A stretch of DNA of 64,000 nucleotides, taken from NCBI GenBank assembly GCA_025558095.1, contig JAIVFI010000019.1, positions 372,001 to 436,000 on the forward strand, read 5' to 3'. Position numbers and translations under genes: made by a program. Below are positions 35,748 through 47,154 of the stretch, one piece after another. Below the pieces are notes generated by a model. That model was not told the origin of the DNA, did no database searches, and saw nothing but the letters and a program-made list of their open reading frames with translations. Positions within the stretch are counted from its first letter, which is position 1, and the number at the start of each line of letters is the position of its first letter. This DNA is from Hyaloraphidium curvatum SAG 235-1 (Eukaryota; Fungi; Monoblepharomycota).

Positions 35748-38012
35748 TCAGTACCCCCCGCGGCGATTCGGAGGATAAGGGGCGAACCGCTGTCAGGAAG
35801 CGTGAGACGACAATAAATGTCCAGTATCCAGTGCACCTGCCTGTGGCGGGAACCGGTCGTCGTGTCCCCTCATCGGCGGCATGTCCCTGAGAGGTCCATC
35901 CCGCGGATCCCGCATTGGCGGGCCGTCTCGATCCCGCGCGTACGGATGGTTCCTCGGCCCGCGATCATCTCCCCCTGGCGCATGCCTCGGACCGCGGCCC
36001 GGCCCGGATTGACGGCCATCGTACCGACCGTCGGGTCTGCCGCGGGGCGCCCTTCCGCCAGGTTTCTGGGACCCTGTGCAAAGATGATCGGGGTTGGAAC
36101 ACAAGAGCGAAGCTCCGCGATGCCCAACGCACCTCCGGCGGCATTGTACGCCTTGCGAGCTGTTCCAGACTCGAGCCCAAAGCTGTCAAAGGCCTCGATA
36201 AGCTGCTTGGCGACCTCGGGCGTGAGTTCCTGTTCGGTACACAGGATGCAGATAAGCAGCTGCCGCAGCTGGGAACCAAAGAACGGACCTGTCCATCGCG
36301 GCTGATCTTGACTGGCTTGTTCTCATTCCAGGCGTTCTTGAGGTCGGAGATCCTTTCGAACGGCAGGTCCTTCCTGATTCGGTGCCTCCCGGTGAGTTGA
36401 CCGGCGACTGCATCCCCCATCACACGCACTTCACGAGCCAGTTGACCTGGAAGTTGTCCCCCAAAACCTTGATCTTGTTCCACGGCACGTCAAAACCGGC
36501 TGCTCCTCCGACGTCCGTGCTCATCTCGCCGTATCCGTGGTAGTGCCGGCTTTCGTTGACGGAGAAAAACAAGACCACCCTCTCACAAGTCTAGGCGTCC
36601 AAGGTCAACACAAGAACGGAGACGGGCCACGCATGTCCGCGCACCTTGAAGGCCTGAGAAAGCGTTTCGGAATTCGACTTCTGGGTCGCCCACACGCCCT
36701 GCGTTGCCGCACATTGAGAATACGCTCCCGAGTAACCAAGCCCGCCGCAAAGCCACCTTCTCCTGGGAAATCTCGACGTTGTCGAAGTTGTTGCTCCGCA
36801 TGACAAAGTACCGGGCTGTCGGGTTCCTTGAGTCGTCGCCAAAAGCTCCGTCGCCAGGGTCCCGCCCACCATCTTTCTTCGGCGGCGGGGGATCAATCCT
36901 GCCGCTGGGGACCCGCTCATCCATCCGGGGGCGCTCTACGGAGCAAAACGAACGCAGCCTGGTGAGGTGCCGTCCCAGGGTGCCGTGTCCGTCCGACGTA
37001 CCCTCGACTCGTCTGGTCATGGGGACCTGGTAGCGGTCCTGCATCGGGCTCCGATCTCTCGACCTTCGGCGCACTTCGGCGGGCGGGCCGCCGCCGAACC
37101 GTCCGCGGTCTCGCTCCCGATCGCGGTCCCGGTCCCTTTCGCGCTCCCGATCCCGGGCCCGGTCTTCCCTCATCCGCGGCGCTTCGCCATCGACCGCACG
37201 CCTCGGCGGCATCCCGCCGCGAGCATCCTGCGGAGGCATCCAGTCGCGGCCCCCGGGGGCATCTTCGAACTGGTCCCGGAGCGGAGCCGGCTCCCTCGGG
37301 CGGAAACCGCCGTGCGCGGGTTCTGATCTATCTCGGTACTGCGGCTCGCGCGCCGCGTGAGCGTCGTCGTCGTATCGGCGGTGAGAGTCCTTTTGGGTAC
37401 AATGGAACGTGCACGCGGTCGGTGAACAGATCAGACGCAAACGGAAACCCAGGTCCTTTTACGATCCGGGGGCAGCAAGTCCATGCGCCACGAGCACCGC
37501 GTCCGGCAGCACGCCGGCAGCGGCGGCGCCGGTCGGAGCAGTCCGTGCGGGGTCGGCCACGTCGCCGAGTCGGGAGTATATACCTTTGATTGATCCATCC
37601 GTTCGGGCCGCGGCAGGGGCGCGGGCCCGCGATCGAACCCGCGGTCTGCGAAGCGCGGCTCCACCCTGGACGGCTCCGGCCGTTCCGATCGCTCCGATCG
37701 CTCCGTGCGAGCGGGCTCTGGGGGCGCCCAGTCCTGCGGGGGCGCGTCGTCTTGCCGGCGGCGGCGGGGCTCCGGGCGCGGGCGCGGCGGCGGCGGCGGC
37801 GGCGGCTCGGCGGCTTCCATTTCGGCGTCGTCGTCGCGGCGCGGCGAGATGGGCGACGGCGTCGCGCCCGAAATGCGGTCGAACTCGTCGTCGTCGAACG
37901 CGTCGGGCTCGGCGGGCGCCTCCGCGTCCGCCATGCTGCTGGCGTCCGCGTAGTCGGCGGCGCCCTCCTCACCTACTTCGAAGTCGACCTCGTCGTCCCG
38001 GTCGTCGGACAT
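35748..38012 (-). CDS. YTH-domain m6A reader, YTHDC1/CPSF30L-like; multi-exon, 3' end approximate
   Basis: RYFVMRSNN..NVEISQEKGVWATQ, VLFFSVNESRHYHGYGEM, VPW, LKNAWNENKPVKISRDGQE; RD/RE-rich N-terminus. Confidence 0.88.
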
Positions 38013-38150
38013 CGCGGGCACGGTGCTGGAAAGGTTGAAGGTGGCTGGGGTGAGCGGGCTGCCGCTTCCATCACCTCGCTCCGGCAACACTCCTTCAAAG
38101 ATCCAGATCAGCTCTGTTATCTACATGGTATCGTACAGGTGGTATGCGGG

Positions 38151-41100
38151 TTACCAGTGGTAGTCGAAACGCTCCAGCGTCGTAGCAGCCTGTTCCAACT
38201 CCTTGCGGGCCTGACAGAAAGGTCAGTTTGCTGGGTCTCGGCCTGCGCATTCGAACCCACCTTGGACCTCATGTAAAAGATCGGACTGCATGGAATGCAT
38301 GAGCCCAGACACGCTGCCCTTTTGGCTAGACGGCAACCCACCAATCCTTGCTCGTGCAAATGACGTCCTGATGCAAGCTGCCCTGGCACCGCTGGCACTG
38401 CGTCCACAGGCGAGCGAACTTGCTCTCCAGCTCGGTAAAGGTGTCGAGATGCTTCTGGTACAGCTCCCCCGTCTTGGGCTCGCAGTGCTTGCACACAGCC
38501 GACTCTGCGCGACGGCTCAGCGCTCGCTCCGAAACACGCCATCCCTGCGTTCCCACCATTCTTGCCCAACGGCGTTTTGCAGCCCATGCATACCGCCGTG
38601 CGGATGGCAAACTTGGCAAGCCCGCCGACGCTAGGCGCCGAGACCTGGATTACTCGCGTGTGGTCGCCCGCTGCGGACAAGCGTTATCGAATGCTCTGCA
38701 CCCCGCAGGGCGCCCACGTACTGAACAGACTCTGGGTCTTGTCCCCCAGGATCGGTTCGAAAAGCCGCGTGAGGGGGCCGGAGAGCTGATTCTCGAGGTA
38801 GTACTTGGTATCGATGGGCAAGTTGTGCTCCAGCACGTAGATCGGATCCTCCGAGTTCTCGTAAGCCCGTGAGTCTAACGCGGGGCATGGTCTGTCAAGA
38901 GGTCACGGGCAGAGGCAAAGGAGCCACAAACCCTTGTGGCCCTTGATGAGCACGTAAGCGACACGGTCGCCGAGGTTGGGTGCCGACCCTTCAGGACGTT
39001 CAAACACTGCTTGCGCAACGTCTGGCGGTGTGCTTACCAGGATCCCGCTTCCGCATCCGTTCCGCCAGCTCGACGTGTGGTTGTTTTGCCGCGTAATCTG
39101 GAAACAGTCACGGTATAGCCCACGACACTCGGAGACGTGAAACGACCGACGCACCTGCTTTGCTGAGCGCCTTTGTGATCACGAGCTGCGACATATCGAT
39201 CTTGTTCTGCAAAAGATCCGCGATGGTCTGCTTCGCGTAGCTGCGGCGCACAATGTCTAGCATGCAGCTCCCATGACGTTCCTGCAAAAGACTCACTCGA
39301 TGGCCCCCGTGACATCGCGATCCATGAGAATCTTGCGCAGGCACGTGTCGAGGACGTTCTGCACCATGAGACAGTTGTCTCGCCGGACCGTCTGTCATCC
39401 CTAGTCAGAGGCCAGGCCGATGTCGAGGAAGAAGAGCGCACCTCAATGCCCTTTGCGTCCATCTTGTCGAACTTCTCGGGCTTGGTCCAGTAGAGACCCG
39501 CATACCGCTTCTTGTTGATCAGGAGGTACGGGAAGTAAGCCTTCTCGAACTCGAGGTTGATGGGCTTGATAAAGGTCTTTGTGACGAACTCGGCAGCCTC
39601 CCTCCCTGCAGCAGTGTGTTCAGCCCACTACAACTACAGCCGACAATCCAATCCTCACCGAGGCGCATGACTTCGGCCATGTCTTGCATGCCAAACTTGA
39701 CCATGACGGAGTCAGTATCACCGTAGATGACCTTTGCGTCGTAAGCGTAGCCATTTGCAGTCGTGAATTGCTTCTCGACAAGCTGCGAAGGACGCAGTGA
39801 GCCTCAAGAGCCTTTCGCATCCTAGATCGGGCGCCCCACCTCCTTTGTTGACGCAATCATGTCTCGCCCGTACGCCGTGACGCTGGACGAGATTTGCAGA
39901 CACGGCAGCTTCCCGTTCGTCGCCCCCGTGAAACCGTACACCGAGTTGGCGCTGACCTACTCGACGAGATCAGCGGGTGAGCCCACGATAGCAGTTGCAG
40001 ATCGCACCTTCAGAGCCAGCTGCCTGCCGTCCAGCACCGCGCGCTTGAAGGGATCGGTCTCCTTCTTCAGGTCTGCCTTGGCGCGCTTGCGAGCAGCCAA
40101 CAGATCGTTGAGGATGGTGGGGAGCAGACCCTTCCGTCGCTCGGCCTTGACGAAGAAGTCTCCCGAAGGCGTCTTGACGAAATCCACTTCCGGCTCGAGC
40201 TTGTACTTCGCGATTAGATCCGAGGTGAGCAGTGTTGTGTAGCAAAGGTTGTGCGCCATCATGATCGACGGGTACAGCGAGTTGAAGTCGAGCGTCGCGA
40301 TCGGCACGTCGTAGTAGCCCCGCTCGGGTTCGATGACCGTCGCGCCTTCATACTGCTCCCCGTCGCCGCCCTCGGAATGGATGGCGGGAACCACAAGGTT
40401 CTCCTCCAAGGCTTTACGGAACAGTTGCGAAATGACCTTGATCTGCTGTCCGCGCGTGAGGAGAAAGTTGACCGGCACTCCCGTGACCCTGGCCATCTCC
40501 ATGTAGTTGATGACACACATCAGCTTGTCGAGCAACCTCAGGGGCAACCATGCATCCTGGAGGCATTTCGTCAGCGTTGCATAGCGTTGCCTTAATCCCG
40601 GACGCACCTTGAGACAGTAAACCGCAAGACGGCGCCTGGTTTCCTCGTTTCCATTCTGGAGATCGGTAATGATCGAATGGTGCACGTCCTCCTTTTGTTC
40701 GCCTGGCGAACACGCTATATCAGCGACGGCGGGCGACGATTGCCACGGATGACGAACCAAGGAAATGAGCGCAAACGGAGTTGAGCGTGTAGGAACGCAG
40801 CTTGTAGTCACGCAGCATGATGTGCAGGACGTCGAGCTGGATTCGTCCGTCGAGGTTGATTGCCTTGTTGTCCCTGGTGCCGTACGCCTTCGACGAGAAA
40901 CGCTGGTCCTTGGCTTCCGTCCTCGCATCTGCCCGAGCGTTGGCAGCTGGTCTGCGGCAAAATCACGGGAGACGTACTTCTCAAGCGACCCAGAAACGGA
41001 AACCTGTCCGCTTTGAGCGCTTTCGCGCGATCCAAAAGATAAGGCCAGTCGAAATTGTTGACGTTGTACCCGGTGACGATATCGGGGTCGATCTAGCCCG

Positions 41101-42697
41101 AGTGCATGGCTGGTCAGCAAATCACCCGACTGCAAACAGCAGGACCCACCTTGGCGAAGAACTCGCTCCATGCATGCAGCATGTCCCGCTCGTTCGAAAA
41201 CGACCGGATGGTCGCGCCGACGATATTGGCACATGTGTTCAGGGTGAAGACAGCCCTCACAAAGGGCTTCGTTTCCCCTGCGGACGTTGTCAGCGAAACC
41301 AAAAAGGTACGGAAATCCCGCGCACCCTGAATCTGCACGACGCTCGCAATCTGAATCACAGGGTCGATCTCGGGTTCCGGAAACACTCCCTTGCGACCGG
41401 CGCACTCGATATCGAAGCTCATGACGCGAAGAGGTGCTATCTTGGACCATTCGCCGTCGGCCGGATGACTGATGAGGTCGTCGGCGCTGGTAGGGATCCG
41501 TCACCTTCCTGCCATGCACCCAAGGGACGGGAGGCTCACAAAATGTCCACCTCCAGCTGCGCGTTGCCGGTCTGCTGATCTTTCCGCCTGATCATGTACT
41601 TTCCGGCAGGAAGCTCGATCCAATTTGCGCCCACGATCTGCAATGCCGCAGTCAGACCACCGCATCCAGCAACGGCATCAATGGAACCTGCCCCGAAGTC
41701 GATCATGAACCGCATATCGAAGCTGATGTTGCTCTCGAAAGTGGTTCTCTGGCCGGACGGTCCGAAACCGGGGATGGTCATCCCACCCTCGAGCAGTCTT
41801 TTGGCGACAGCGACGTATTTCGGCTGCGCGACGGTGATCTTGATGAAGGCAAACCGCTGGTTCCCGTGATAGTTCATGATCGATGACTTCATAACCAGCT
41901 CAGTCTTGATGACGCCAACGTGGATTTTGTTCTGATCCATCCTCATGGCGTTCTGGCGAAGAAGGACAGCTCATGAAATAATGGCGCTTGGTGTTGAACC
42001 GGCGGGCATACCTCCAACGCCCGCTGGAAGTCGTCGAGATGCTGGAGCTGGAAGCCGTTCGGCGAAGGAATGTAGAAGTAGGGGAAGAAGCCATGCACGT
42101 GGCACAGGACGCTGTTTCCTCCCTGAGCGCCGTGTGAGGATGGGACCACGAGTTGCGCCGGAAGCCTGCCTACTTCGGTGACGCCGAAGAGGCGGACGAT
42201 AGGTGCGCTCCTCAAGTGGCCGATGTCCTGCGCAACGATCTCGTGAACGTCGCCCACGTAGTCATCGAGCTCAATCTGCTGGAAAACTGGGAGGAGATTG
42301 GCGACGCGTCCGAACATGCGGGGCAGAATGGAACCCACTCAGGGGCCCATCCCGGGGGGACCTGATCGCCACCGCAGGCCGCTCCCAAGCCTGCTCCATC
42401 GCCGCGTTGTCCACATCTGGCACGGCATTCGGCCGCTGTCAGACCAGGCAGGCAAGTTGTGCTGCAGGCGGAGCACCGACCCCTCTCGTCCGTTTCCAAC
42501 GAGACCTCAAAGTCGCTGGCCTTGGGCGCCCCTCCGGTACGGCGCTTCTTTGCCGCTGCGCTCTGGCTCCCTGCTGGAGCGCTCTGCGAGCCCGAGGGGG
42601 CGCTCCCGTCGGACGCGAGCCAGTCGCCGTCCGTGACGGCCCGTTTGCCCCGGGCCGCCAGCTCCGCGGCGTTGCCGGCCGCGGACACGTTCTCCAT
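38151..42697 (-). CDS. POL3: DNA polymerase delta catalytic subunit; many introns, start approximate
   Basis: [64 protein letters not shown]-terminal CysA/CysB ([15 protein letters not shown]). Confidence 0.97.
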
Positions 42698-42898
42698 CTC
42701 GGAATCGTTGACGACTATCTCGATGGCCAGCTCATGGGGGTCTGCTGAGGTCCCGGAGCGAGAGATTCGACTCGGCAAATGGGGCCTCGCGTCCCGGATG
42801 ATCAGGCCGCGGCGGAGCAGACCACGAAGCTGTAGTTGCAAAGGGGACTGTGCTTGACCGCCAAAGCACCTTCACTTGACCGGTTTTGAAGTTCGAAT

Positions 42899-43505
42899 AT
42901 GCTCCAGCGGAGCGACCCTTTGCCGGCGCCCGAGGAAGCTCTGCCGGCACGACATTCGCTGAAGCGGAGCAACCCGTGGGCAGACGCCCCGGTCAATGTC
43001 TTGAAGAGCAAGCCTAGGAAAGACGATGCAGATAACCAGGAAATCTATGCCGACACGCTGCGAAGGATGCAGGAGGGAATGCGGAACCTTGAGAGGGAGA
43101 AATCGGCTTCGGCCGTCCCTCGGGCGATACTTCCGCTGCGGAAACGCGGCACGGCCGTCGAATTTGGGGACGGCTCAGCCTCTTTGTGCCCCCGGACATG
43201 CTCTTCGTGCGCTGTGCCGTTGACGGTCCCGGGAACCTCGTCCGGACAAGGTCTCGAGGCGTGTCAGTGTAGTTTCTGCGAGAAGGCGATATGCGGAGAG
43301 TGCACGAGGCAATGCGACACTTGCGGTTTACTCTACTGCGTCACCTGTTCGACGTCGAGGTGGGTGATACCGCGGTAGATCGACTGCGAGGCGGTGACGT
43401 GCTTCTGTCCATTTCTCCGAACGCACGTTTCGTCCGTCCCTCTGACGATCACCGTCCCGTAGCATAAGCGGAGACGAAATATCTTGTTTGTCTTGTAATC
43501 GATGA
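42899..43505 (+). CDS. SIVA1-like zinc-finger protein; intron ~43360-43462
   Basis: KRSNPWAD and QEIYADTLRRM resemble the animal SIVA N-terminus as I recall it; Cys array CSSC..CSFCEKAICGEC..CDTC..CVTCS plus a spliced terminal CLSC. Confidence 0.7.
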
Positions 43506-43559
43506 CGAGCGTGCTTTGGTCGCTGATGACTCGCGCTCTCGTCTTGCGATCAGCACACC

Positions 43560-44212
43560 ATGTCCGGAGCTGCCGAGCGGCCCGACGGCTCCGCAGCTTC
43601 GCAGTCCCGGCGCTCTACTGCTGTAGATCGATTGATGATTGCGTTCGAGCGTCGGCGCAAGATTCCGTTCTACCAACGGCCGCCCGCGGGCCGCGGCTTG
43701 CTGGCGCCTCTGGTGATTGCTGCGCACGCTGACGCCGGCCGCCAAATCGCGTCCGCGAAAGCGGAGACGAGCACGGAAGTGGGCTTGCTCAAACAGCTCC
43801 GATCTGACTGGAAGGAGGTGACGCGAATGGTTCCAAGCTGTCTGCGCCGAGCCTTCAACATGTGGCTTCACAGGAAGCGGCGTCGATAACGGCAGCAATC
43901 GCGGCTGACCGCACGGCACGACACGACGAGCTCAAGATGGCGGTCGAGAAGATCGACTCGCTCGGACGGCGGTTGGACAAGATGGAACAAGCTTTGCGCG
44001 CTGCGATCGGCGACGCAGCTGCGGAGAAAGACGCGTCCAATCATCACGCTCGAGTGCTACAAGAGAAGATCGACGCATTGGAAAGCCGCGTGGTGCAGTT
44101 GATAGGCCAGCAGGGCGAACTCATCGACCGATTGAATCGGTGGCACGCTGATGACGTAGCCACGCGGGAGGCGACCGGCACGCAAGCTTGGATTCCTCCC
44201 ACGAACGAGTGA
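43560..44212 (+). CDS. Uncharacterised small coiled-coil protein; probably 1-2 introns
   Basis: CACC-ATG at 43560; plausible GT-AG junctions; heptad-rich last exon (ELKMAVEKIDSLGRRLDKMEQAL..LQEKIDALESRV). Confidence 0.5.
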
Positions 44213-44377
44213 GGGAACTGCGTCGGACTGCTTTCCCGGACCCTAATCACGATGGGCAGAGGCGCGTTGCAGCAGAAGAAGACGCCCAAACGCAGGCTGA
44301 TCATCCCGGATCAAGCCGAATAAGCGCTCGCCGAACGCGCACGCTCGAAGGTGACCTGAAATTCGGAGGCTGCGTCT

Positions 44378-45287
44378 TTACCCGTCGCGGTTCAGAACGA
44401 CTTTGGCGAGCGGATGAGATACTGTGCTTGGGGAATTGGGTGGAGGCTCACCGAAAAGCCCAAGCACGCCGAGGAGAAGGAACTTCACTCGCGGATAGTC
44501 GTTCATGATGATCGTGACCATGCCAACCTTGGGCAGGAAGCTGCAGAATGCGTAAGATGACCTGCCCTTGGAGCCGGAGTAGAGGACATACCCGTGGACT
44601 TTCCCCACAATGTCCTCCTGCGAGCGGGGGGAGTGGTGAGAACCAGCCGGACCGGGTGCCGCACAACGCTCACTTTGTGGATCCACATCTGCCCGTGGTT
44701 GTACAGGCCTCGGTCGTCGACCTGGTTGTTGTCGCCCTTGGTGAGAAGGTACTGCTTCCCCGTGTCGACCCTAAGGACCGCATCAGAACCCATTGCACAC
44801 GGCGGACGATCCTGACACCGACTCATTGTGAAGCTTGATGATCCTGTGGACTATAGGAACGTCTCGGCCCCGTATCTTGAAGACGCAAATGTCGCCGATC
44901 CGGATGGGCCCGCTGGGCATTGTGAGGAACAACAGGTCCCTGCAGAGCCACCGCAATGAGCGTCGGGTCCGAGTCCGCGGCAAGAAAAGTGACCCACCCT
45001 CGGTGGAACGCCGGCTCCATGCTCCCGCTGGCAGGGCGTGTGGTGAGCGACGAAGCGTCGAGCAGCGCCTCGCGAGGCTTGCCTCAGGACCACAACGATG
45101 GGGCTCTCGCTGTTGGTTATGACAGACAGCCCCTTCCATATCATGAGCGCCGAGCAGACAATGAGCAGCAGGTTGAGGGCCTGCGAGGCCACCTGCGTCC
45201 GCGGCCCGCGTCAACGCGTCGTCCGACGCGTCCAGGCGCGCTTCCAACCTGTCTAGGATTGCCAATTCTCCCGAGCAGTGACTGCAT
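44378..45287 (-). CDS. SEC11: Signal peptidase complex catalytic subunit Sec11; multi-exon
   Basis: [64 protein letters not shown]. Confidence 0.95.
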
Positions 45288-45384
45288 TTCGGCGAGGGGC
45301 GGCAGACGCGTCCGAGTCTACGACCTTCGTGCGTGTGATCGTGGGTGCGGAGGCGACGTGGAGCAACCCCCTCCCATTCACGCG

Positions 45385-47121
45385 ATGGAGACATCGGGCG
45401 GCGTAGCAGTCGTCTCCGTGGCGTCGTACGACCCAGCCGATGGCGTGCGGCTGCAGTTCACGCTGGGAAAGAACCCGGACTCGAACATCTTCGACATTCG
45501 GGCGCACCTCGCCCCGCGGCCTCCGCGGCCGAAATCGAGCGTCGAGCCGGCCGCCGTGTCGCCGCCCTCGGCAGATGCTGCCGGACTGCCCGATCGGATG
45601 GACACCGGGCAGGACGGCGAGGCGGCGAAGGAGACGCCGGACGGGGACGCGAATCCCGCGGGGGACGGAGACAACGTTTCGCGCGAGAGCGCCGACGAAG
45701 AAGGGGATGAGAGCTCGGTCGGTGGTCGGTCGCAATCCTTGCACGATTGCGGGAGCTGACGGCCGCTGGAACGCCAGGAGGCGGAGGCCAAGGACACCAA
45801 GAAGCGGAAACGGCGAAAGCTGGACGAGGAGGACTTCTACGACTTTGACGACCCGTTCATCGACGACAGCGATCTGCGCGAACTCGTGGGGTCCGTGATG
45901 GTGGAGCCCAAGGTCAAGGGCTATTTCATGTGGCGCGGCAACGTCGAGACCATGCGGGTGGCACCGTGAGTAGGACGCGGTTGGTTCGACGGTAGTTCTG
46001 CTTACAGGATTGCCAGCGCACCCGAGAGCCCTCGCAAGCGGCAGGTTGTACGGAAACGGAAGCAGCCTGCTGGTGCCGGTGCTGCTCCTGGTTCCGCTCC
46101 GGCGCCCAAAAAGGCGCGGACTGGGGAAGCCGGGGCACGGGGCGCTTCCGCAAAGGACAATGATCCCGCACCGAAACGAAGACGCAAGAAGGAAGGCTCC
46201 GAGGTTCCTGCGGCAACTGCCGCTGCGAATGCCGGGAAACCATCGGTGGACACCGGGACCGTGGGGACTGCGGCAAAGCCCCTTGCTTCCCCCATACGAT
46301 CGCCCCTTCCCGGTTCGCCGTCGGTAACGTCGGTCAATGGGGGTCCTGCCGCGGAGAAGAAAAAGGTGAAGGTGACGGAAGACACCCCGCTGGACCCGGC
46401 CCTCAGGACCTTGACCGAGGAACTCCGGGCGCTCGCGAGCAAAGGTTGGAGGAACCCTGGACCGCTCATGTGCCCGCTCATGCGCCGTTGCAGAGAGCTG
46501 GGAAAACAAGCAGAAGTTTCCCATCACCCTCAAGCCGCTGCTGCTCGATGCGGCCCGGAAAGCGATTGAGCTCTCGGCGGATGAGACGTTGGAGATGAAT
46601 TTCCTGCACGAACTTACACTCATCTTGCCCTACAACAAAGTCACGCTCCGGGTGCGTGCTCGCGCTCGCTCGGCGCGTCTGTCGTGCCTGACCGACGAAA
46701 ACAGAATCTGATACAGCGCCACTTGCTGCCCGAGCGGATCGAGCAGAAGCGAAAGCATCTGGAGGCAGCGTACGCTGCCGCGCGGGAGCGCATTACCAGG
46801 CAGACGGTGCCCACGGAGCCGAAACAGGAGGACGGGGCGGCTGCCGGTCCTGCGGGGTTCAAGATTGCGTGGAACAAGGACCTCCGGGCTGCGCTGTACC
46901 TGATCTACGAGCTCGAGTTCAGCATCGCGAAGCTGGAGGACGCGCTGGCAGCCGTGAACAAGCAAGAGCCGAAATACGACGAGGTCAAGGTCAAGGCTTT
47001 GGCGTACGACCACATCTTTGCGCTCTTCCCGGAGGGGATCATACCCAGGGACGCAATCTCGCGGAACTTCAGCCTTCACCGGTCGCAGCTAGCAAAGCGC
47101 GAGGAGAGCACGGAGGCATGA
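45385..47121 (+). CDS. HIRA-complex subunit Hpc2/ubinuclein-like; multi-exon
   Basis: HRD-like motif EEDFYDFDDPFIDDSDL..GYFMWRG; later segment KFPITLKPLL..LTLILPYNKVTL resembles the ubinuclein middle domain. Confidence 0.75.
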
Positions 47122-47154
47122 AGATAGCTCAAAATTCACAATGCAATAAACACG

